Of a stretch of 64,000 bases of DNA, positions 57,800 to 64,000 are shown one piece after another. The stretch is taken from contig OZ240215.1 of assembly GCA_965197585.1 (NCBI GenBank), positions 2,144,001-2,208,000 of the forward strand, in the 5' to 3' direction. The first letter of the stretch is position 1. Every line of letters begins with the position of its first letter. The position numbers and the translations under genes were made by a program. The stretch comes from Dehalococcoidia bacterium. GTDB lineage: Bacteria; Chloroflexota; Dehalococcoidia; Plut-88900. Below the pieces are notes generated by a model. It ran no database searches and was not told the DNA's origin. It was given only the letters and a program-made list of their open reading frames with translations.

Positions 57800-58675
57800 A
57801 TGGCAAAATCCAATCTCTCCAACTGGGGCCGCTGGGGCCCCGACGACCAGATCGGCGTCCTGAACCTTCTGCAGGGCCGAGACAATGTTCTGAAAGCCTT
57901 TAGCATGGTCAAGGAAGGGAAGATATACAGCCTGGCCGTGCCCCTTGAGAAGGACGGGCCCCAGATGCCCACCTTCCACAAGACCTGGCGCGTCTCCCAC
58001 GTCGCCGAGCGTAAGGACCCCGACCTATCCATCATCGACGACGTCATTGTCATGGAGACCCACTCCGGCACCCATATCGACGCCATAGGCCACGTCTGGG
58101 CCGACGGCCAGTTCTACAACGGCTTCTCCTCCGACGAGTTCGCCAGCAGCCGGGGCGTCGAGCGGACGGGCATTGAGAACGTGCGCCACATCATCGGGCG
58201 CGGCATCATGCTGGACGTGGCCGCCTACCGGGGAGTCGACCACCTCCAGGAGGCTGAGGCCATCACCCCGGAAGACCTGAACGGCGCAGCCAAGGCTCAG
58301 GGGATCACCCTGGAACCCGGAGACGTGGTCATGATCCGCACCGGCTGGTACACCCTCTTCGAAAAGGACCGTGCCCGATGGGGCACCTCCTTCCCCGGCC
58401 CCGACGCCTCCGTCCTACCCTGGCTCAAGGAGCACGACGTCTGCGCCATCGGCACCGATCATCCAACCTGCGAGCGTAGGATCAAGGTTGGCAGCCCCGA
58501 GGGTGGTCTTCCACTCCACCGTTACGCTCTCAGGGACCTTGGAGTCTACATACTCGAAAACCTGGACCTGGAGGCACTAGCCCGGGACAAAGTCTACGAG
58601 TTTCTGTTCATCGGCGCACCCCTTCGCCTGACCCACGCCACAGGCTCTCCCTGGAACCCGTTGGCCATCATCTAG
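57800..58675 (+). CDS. Cyclase (kynurenine formamidase-like) family protein
   Basis: '[14 protein letters not shown]', 'HSGTHIDA.GH', 'GRGIMLDV', 'GD...IRTGW', 'ILENLDL', 'TGSP.NP'; GGAGG RBS. Confidence 0.92.
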   Translation: MAKSNLSNWGRWGPDDQIGVLNLLQGRDNVLKAFSMVKEGKIYSLAVPLEKDGPQMPTFHKTWRVSHVAERKDPDLSIIDDVIVMETHSGTHIDAIGHVWADGQFYNGFSSDEFASSRGVERTGIENVRHIIGRGIMLDVAAYRGVDHLQEAEAITPEDLNGAAKAQGITLEPGDVVMIRTGWYTLFEKDRARWGTSFPGPDASVLPWLKEHDVCAIGTDHPTCERRIKVGSPEGGLPLHRYALRDLGVYILENLDLEALARDKVYEFLFIGAPLRLTHATGSPWNPLAII

Positions 58676-58686
58676 AGAGGACTGCT

Positions 58687-59559
58687 ATGACTACTGAAAA
58701 ACTTTCAAACTGGGGCCGCTGGGGCCCCGACGACCAAATTGGCGTCCTGAACCTGCTCCAGAACACTTCCTCCGTACTCGAAGCCATAAAGCTGGTTAAG
58801 AAGGGGGACGTTTACAGCCTCGCCGTGCCACTGGAGAAAGACGGGCCACAGTTTCCCCTCTTCCACAAGACTTGGCGCGTCTCCCACTGGCAGCATCTCT
58901 ACGACCCCGACCTCGACATCATCGACGACGTAATTGCGATGGAGACCCACTCCGGCTCTCACATCGACGGCCTTGGCCATTCCTGGCACGAGGGGCAGTT
59001 CTACAACGGCTTCTCTTCCGACAAATACGCCAGTAGTCGGGGCGTCGAGCGCCTTGGCATCGAGAACGTGAAACACATATTTGGCCGCGGCGTAATGCTC
59101 GACGTCGCAGCCTATAAGGGTGTCGACCACCTCGGCCCCTCCGAGCCCGTCACCGCCGACGACCTTGACCGGGTCGCCGACTCCCAGGGCGTCGACCTAA
59201 AGCCCGGCGACGTGGTATTGGTCCGCACAGGCTGGTACACCCTCTTCGGTAAGGACCGAGCCCGGTGGGCTACATCATTCCCAGGCCCCGACGCCTCCGT
59301 GCTTCCCTGGCTCAAAGAGCACGACGTGGTAGCCATAGGCACCGACCATCCCGCCTGTGAGCTTTTCGAAAACTTGGAAGACCCCGGAGATATGCCTCTC
59401 CACCGGCACGGCCTCCGAGACCTGGGTGTATACCTGCTCGAAAACATGGACCTGGAGGAACTGGCCCGGGACAAAGTCTACGAATTCCTCTTCGTCGGTA
59501 CTCCACTGCGAATCACCCATGGCACAGGCTCACCCTGGAACCCCTTGGCAATAGCATGA
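58687..59559 (+). CDS. Cyclase family protein, tandem paralog
   Basis: '[11 protein letters not shown]'; colinear with and highly similar to the upstream gene. Confidence 0.92.
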   Translation: MTTEKLSNWGRWGPDDQIGVLNLLQNTSSVLEAIKLVKKGDVYSLAVPLEKDGPQFPLFHKTWRVSHWQHLYDPDLDIIDDVIAMETHSGSHIDGLGHSWHEGQFYNGFSSDKYASSRGVERLGIENVKHIFGRGVMLDVAAYKGVDHLGPSEPVTADDLDRVADSQGVDLKPGDVVLVRTGWYTLFGKDRARWATSFPGPDASVLPWLKEHDVVAIGTDHPACELFENLEDPGDMPLHRHGLRDLGVYLLENMDLEELARDKVYEFLFVGTPLRITHGTGSPWNPLAIA

Positions 59560-60404
59560 GTGTCTCGTCCACAAAGCGGGTGCCCCGGGCCATGACCATA
59601 GCCGGCTCCGACTCCGGAGGCGGCGCTGGCATCCAGGCCGACCTCAAGACCTTCGCCGCGCTTGGCGTTTACGGCACATCTGTAATCACGGCGGTCACCG
59701 CACAGAACACCCTCGCCGTAAACGGCATCGCCGAAATTCCGGCGGATATGGTATCTGCCCAGATAGACACGGTAATGTCCGACATAGGTACCGACGCCGT
59801 GAAGACCGGCATGCTCGCCCACAGCGGGATCATCGACGCCGTCGCCGAGCGCATCCAGGCCCTCGACATGCCCAACGTAGTCGTAGACCCCGTGATGGTT
59901 GCCAAGAGCGGGGACCGGCTCCTCCGGGAAGAAGCGGTGGACGCCTACCGCACCCGGCTTATACCCAGGGCCATGGTCGTCACTCCCAACATTCCAGAGG
60001 CAGAGGCCCTGGTCGGCTTCACAATCGAGACCGATGACGACGTTCACCGTGCCGCCAGGACCATCGCGGATATGGGAGCCAGCAACATAGTCATCAAGGG
60101 CGGTCACCGGGAAGGTCCGGTCACGGACGTTCTTTACTCGGAGGGCCAGTTCCACGAATTCACATCGGTCAGGATAGAGTCGAAGAACACCCACGGCACG
60201 GGCTGCACTTTCGCCTCGGCTATCGCCGCTCACTTGGCCCGGGGCTGCACCGTCGAGGAGTCCGTGTTTCACGCAAAGGAATATGTCTCGGCCGCCATAG
60301 AATCCGCGTTTCCTATTGGCCAGGGACACGGACCCCTGAACCACTTCCACGCTCTGTGGGGCCCTTTGCAAAACGCTCGTCCCGTAGAGCGAAGTATGAG
60401 GTAG
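59556..60404 (+). CDS. thiD: Hydroxymethylpyrimidine/phosphomethylpyrimidine kinase
   Basis: '[20 protein letters not shown]', 'TAVTAQNT', 'VKTGML', '[10 protein letters not shown]', 'TPNIPEAE', 'THGTGCTF', '[10 protein letters not shown]'. Confidence 0.97.
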   Translation: MSVSSTKRVPRAMTIAGSDSGGGAGIQADLKTFAALGVYGTSVITAVTAQNTLAVNGIAEIPADMVSAQIDTVMSDIGTDAVKTGMLAHSGIIDAVAERIQALDMPNVVVDPVMVAKSGDRLLREEAVDAYRTRLIPRAMVVTPNIPEAEALVGFTIETDDDVHRAARTIADMGASNIVIKGGHREGPVTDVLYSEGQFHEFTSVRIESKNTHGTGCTFASAIAAHLARGCTVEESVFHAKEYVSAAIESAFPIGQGHGPLNHFHALWGPLQNARPVERSMR

Positions 60405-60512
60405 GTTTCCCTCTCTGCTGGGGATAGGGCTAGGGCCGTAGCCTCGCTGAGGAGAACGTGGGGGAAAGATATTCCTTCATTGTTTGACTAACCCGTATCG
60501 AGGTGGTGGAAG

Positions 60513-61583
60513 ATGATTATCGACAACCACATCCACATATTCCCAGATCAGGCCGGCCCGGACACGGGCCCCGACCCCACACGACACGTTGCCCAACTCC
60601 AAAAGAGCGTCGCCGATTTCTGGGGCAGGATGGTCTCAAGTCACACCGACCCCAAGTTCATTCCCGAGCCCGAGGAAGACGTCGGCTTCACAGTCGGAAA
60701 ACACGGTCGCTACTACTGGCGTAAACTCGGCGAGGGTTGCTGGCTCCAGCGAGGCCCCGCATTCATGGCCAGAATGGAGTCTACACCTGAGCAGATCATC
60801 GCCCACATGGACGCCGTCGGCGTGGACATGGCTGTTATACAGGCCGACTACGACTACGTAGACTTCGACACCGGACGCGAGGGCTATTTCCTAGACGCCG
60901 TGAGGTCACGCCCCGATCGCTTCTTTGCCACTGCCGCCGTCGACTACCGGCTCTCTCACTCCGACGACTTCCTCCAGGGTCAAATCGCCAACCTAACCCA
61001 CGCAGTGGAGGACTACAGGTTCCGAGCCCTGTTCCTCGGCGGAGAAGCCATCCCCGACCCTCTCGACGACCCTCGCTGCGACCCCTTATGGCAGGAAACG
61101 GTCCGCCTCGGAGTACCGGCCTACGTCAATACTGGCTTCTGTTCCAAGGCAAAATATCTGGAGCAGCTCAGGGGCCTCAAATCTGTCCTGGACCGCTTCC
61201 CTGACCTGAATGTCATCGACTCCCACGTCGGCGGCAACCTTCTCCACCCCTCCAGCCCCGAGTACGTGGAAACTCCCGCCGAGCTCTTCTCGCTACTGGA
61301 GACCGGTCAATTCTACCTGGAGGTCGGCTATGTCCTAGCCTATGAGGACTACCAAATCTGGGGCCCCGACTCCCTCTACCCCTACGCCCAACACTCTAAA
61401 ATCATCCAGAAAGTCTACAAGCGCTTCGGGCCCATGATGGTCTGGGGGTCGGACCTGCCGTGGTGCTACCGCACCTGCACCTACCAGCAGAACCTGGACC
61501 TCATCCGCCTCCACACCCCCTACATGACCGACAAAGACCGGGATCTTGTCCTCGGAGGCAACCTCTCCCGGCTGCTAGCCTGA
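60513..61583 (+). CDS. Amidohydrolase 2 family protein
   Basis: 'IIDNHIH', 'HMDAVGVDMAV', 'SHVGG', 'VWGSDLP', 'VLGGN'. Confidence 0.88.
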   Translation: MIIDNHIHIFPDQAGPDTGPDPTRHVAQLQKSVADFWGRMVSSHTDPKFIPEPEEDVGFTVGKHGRYYWRKLGEGCWLQRGPAFMARMESTPEQIIAHMDAVGVDMAVIQADYDYVDFDTGREGYFLDAVRSRPDRFFATAAVDYRLSHSDDFLQGQIANLTHAVEDYRFRALFLGGEAIPDPLDDPRCDPLWQETVRLGVPAYVNTGFCSKAKYLEQLRGLKSVLDRFPDLNVIDSHVGGNLLHPSSPEYVETPAELFSLLETGQFYLEVGYVLAYEDYQIWGPDSLYPYAQHSKIIQKVYKRFGPMMVWGSDLPWCYRTCTYQQNLDLIRLHTPYMTDKDRDLVLGGNLSRLLA

Positions 61584-61638
61584 TCACCAATCCATCCTCC
61601 GTCTCCATCCTCCTTGATTCCCGGAGGGGCGGTTCGCG

Positions 61639-63314
61639 GAGTCTGTTTCAGATGTAGGTTGTGCTTGACGTGGGGAGTTGGCTTGGTCGGGCTGGCTGAT
61701 GGCGGAGCCGCATTAATCGAAGCAGGGGGCTGAGTGTGCCCACGATTGCCGTCTGAAGCGCCCGATAGGCCGAGTATGCGCCCTCGGCTACCCAATGCTT
61801 TGTCCAGGTAGCTGCGGCTCGCCGTATCCTCCACAGGGTGCGCAAGTTGAAGGCTGTGGCGAGCAGGCTCCATTCAGCCGAGACGTTGGTTAAGCCACGC
61901 AACAGGAACCTGTGGGCTTGCTGTTGCTCCTTGATGATGCCGAAGACCGGTTCTACCAGTTGCATTCTCTGTTTATACGCACCCTTGGCTTCTTCGGTGG
62001 ACATCCAGGCCCGGTGTCGACGCAACGCAGCGTCGTGGGAACCGATCTCCAGGGCACGCCCATGACGCTTGTCTTTCGTACAGACCCCGAAGGCCGGGCA
62101 GGCCCGGCACACGGCCCCTGATGCCCGGTAGAGCCGCATTGCTGTGTTGCGAGTGCGCTTGGTGCGAGTGAAGCGCAGCAACCGGCCCTCGGGGCAACGG
62201 TAGCTGTCGCTCGCCTCGTCGTAGGTGAAACGGTCTTTGTGATACGGGCTCTGCAGCGCCCGGTCCTGCGACTCAGGCATCACCACCCGTTGGCCTCTTA
62301 GGGCGCACTCCTGTAGATTGTTCCCGGAGTGATAGCCCGCATCCGCCAACGTCATCTCCGTCCTTTGTCCCAACGTCTCCTCAGCCTTCTCCATCATCGC
62401 ACCCAGTTGCCGTCTGTCGGATATGTCGTTCACCACATCAACTGCCGTGATCAGCATGCCGGGCGCTTTACCCTCAGCCGCTGCTACCGTAGAGACCATC
62501 GCCTGGGCGTTGTAGGCCACCGCATAACCCTGTCGCGTCTTCATCATCCGGGCGTCCTGATCGGTCAGGTTGATCTGCTTTTGCCCATCCCGATCGGCAA
62601 GTCTGTGCACCGTCTCACGCACCCGCTCACGCAATGTCTTGCGGTCTTGCAACCTCTCCGGCAGATGGCCGATAGCCGACTCCTCCCCAGCCTCGTTCTG
62701 CGCTTCCAACTCGTCTATCGCACCTTCCAAACGGCCCAACAGACGGCGCAACCCAGCGGCGTCGTAGGTCCGGTCCTTTGCCGCATTCGCTCTAATCTTC
62801 GTCCCGTCCACCGCCTGCACCGCCATCTCCACCAGGTCCATATTAACCGCCGTCTGCACCGTCCGCTTGAGCAGCTTCCTCATACCATCCCGATGCGAGC
62901 TGTAAAACCGCCACAACCTCACGTGGTCCGGGCGCTGGCAGCCCGTCAGCCAAAGGTACGGTATCTGGTCGCAGCAGGCCGCCTCCAGCTTGCGGCTCGA
63001 TCGCACACCGGTCATGAAGCCGTACAGCCACACACCCAACAGCGCACGGGGATGGTAGGCCGGCGCTCCCATCGCCTCCCCGTCTCTATCAATCCCAATC
63101 GCTGCCCAGCCCTCTCCATCCAAGGCATCGACGAACTCAGCAACAAATCGAGCAGAATGACCGGCCCCCAGCATCTCGTCGAGACTCGGCGGCAACATCC
63201 ATACCTGTTCCCGGTTCATCGGTCGATGTGGCATCCCCAGTCACCTCCTTATGACGCTGTCTACCTTGTCCACCATAGCCTACTCCATATGCCTATAACT
63301 TATGAAACAGACTC
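61639..63314 (-). mobile_element. Complete IS1182-family insertion sequence (1676 bp)
   Basis: 12-bp perfect TIR GAGTCTGTTTCA at 61639-61650 and 63303-63314; CGCG duplicated at 61635-61638 and 63315-63318. Confidence 0.9.
61648..63234 (-). CDS. IS1182-family DDE transposase
   Basis: 'GAPAYHP..LL..WLYG..G.RSSRKLE', 'AVDGTKIRANA', 'TDQDAR.M', 'ADAGY', 'Y.CPEG', 'VEPVFG.IK'. Confidence 0.95.
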   Translation of the reverse strand: MPHRPMNREQVWMLPPSLDEMLGAGHSARFVAEFVDALDGEGWAAIGIDRDGEAMGAPAYHPRALLGVWLYGFMTGVRSSRKLEAACCDQIPYLWLTGCQRPDHVRLWRFYSSHRDGMRKLLKRTVQTAVNMDLVEMAVQAVDGTKIRANAAKDRTYDAAGLRRLLGRLEGAIDELEAQNEAGEESAIGHLPERLQDRKTLRERVRETVHRLADRDGQKQINLTDQDARMMKTRQGYAVAYNAQAMVSTVAAAEGKAPGMLITAVDVVNDISDRRQLGAMMEKAEETLGQRTEMTLADAGYHSGNNLQECALRGQRVVMPESQDRALQSPYHKDRFTYDEASDSYRCPEGRLLRFTRTKRTRNTAMRLYRASGAVCRACPAFGVCTKDKRHGRALEIGSHDAALRRHRAWMSTEEAKGAYKQRMQLVEPVFGIIKEQQQAHRFLLRGLTNVSAEWSLLATAFNLRTLWRIRRAAATWTKHWVAEGAYSAYRALQTAIVGTLSPLLRLMRLRHQPARPSQLPTSSTTYI

Positions 63315-63462
63315 CGCGAATCGCCCCGGCCACTCACCCCAATCCCCGCCAACCGACCATTTACCGTCATTCCGAGGCCCCACAAGGAATCTAGGGCTAG
63401 CCCCAGCACCTCTCCTTCCTGGTTCGTTAGGCCCTTCTTTATTGTGATAGCATGACGGTACT

Positions 63463-63846
63463 ATGACCACCACCGCCGACGTAACCCAAGTCTTTGCCGC
63501 CGCTCGAGCAATGTACTCCGCCGCCCTTGCCCGAATGGCCGAGGGTGACATCCGAGACGCATCTGAAAAGGCGTGGTGTGTCGTCAAACGGGCCACCGAC
63601 GCCTTGGTCCTTGCCCGCACTGGCGAATTGCCGGAACGTTCGACGGATACAGGTAGCAGTTTGCGAAGAATCGCGAAATCAGAACCAGCAGCGCGTTCCC
63701 TTAAAGCCCGCTACTACGAACGCCAGGGCACTTTGCACGGAGAATGCTTCTATATCGGCCTCTGTGAACCCACCGAAGATACCGAGCGGCTGATCCGCGA
63801 GACCATAGATTACATCCAGGACGCCGAAGCCCTGGCCCAGGTCTGA
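63463..63846 (+). CDS. PaREP1-like (HEPN-related) protein
   Basis: 'GDIRDASEKAW', 'LHGECFY'. Confidence 0.65.
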   Translation: MTTTADVTQVFAAARAMYSAALARMAEGDIRDASEKAWCVVKRATDALVLARTGELPERSTDTGSSLRRIAKSEPAARSLKARYYERQGTLHGECFYIGLCEPTEDTERLIRETIDYIQDAEALAQV

Positions 63847-63854
63847 CATAACCG

Positions 63855-63955
63855 TCCTCCGTCTCCCTTCCCCTCGATACCCTTAGGGGCGGTTCGCGAA
63901 CCGTCCTTAGGCCACTCACTTCAATCCCTGCCAACCGACCATCTACTGTCATTCC
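63855..63955 (+). repeat. Intact ~100-bp composite repeat with REP palindrome GGGGCGGTTCGCGAACCGTCC
   Basis: Second copy at 61595-61638 plus 63319-63373 is split by the IS. Confidence 0.8.
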
Positions 63956-64000
63956 ACCCCCACCCCGTCTCCCGAAATCCGGCCTATCCATCCCCTCCTC

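Noticed and set aside
62329-63447. Long antisense ORFs (also 5439..6665, 7468..8508, 45327..46550)
   Set aside because: Typical high-GC shadow frames opposite well-supported genes

Overview
GC-rich bacterial window, most consistent (inference from gene content) with a SAR202-type Dehalococcoidia/Chloroflexota genome, possibly a marine-sponge associate: expanded LLM monooxygenases, amidohydrolases, cyclases, Asp/Glu-racemase-family paralogs, an LRR/PD40 surface protein and many intergenic palindromes. Housekeeping content: rplU-rpmA-rpmE, fhs, thiD. Accessory content: McrBC, three PIN toxin-antitoxin pairs, a complete IS1182-family element, and IS5-like MITEs nested in REP-like palindromes. 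The ORF track misses three selenoprotein genes: grdB, grdA and a ferredoxin-thioredoxin-reductase catalytic subunit with TWO in-frame TGA codons at both active-site disulfide positions, each followed by its own SECIS-like hairpin. Other main observations: two dispersed copies of a 630-770 nt promoter-driven, apparently non-coding structured element with a conserved shell and a variable modular interior; a peptidase-dockerin plus cohesin-lipoprotein operon; and an OppC permease carrying an inserted 7-repeat BNR propeller. No rRNA, tRNA or CRISPR array was recognised. All calls are from manual motif reading; no searches were run.
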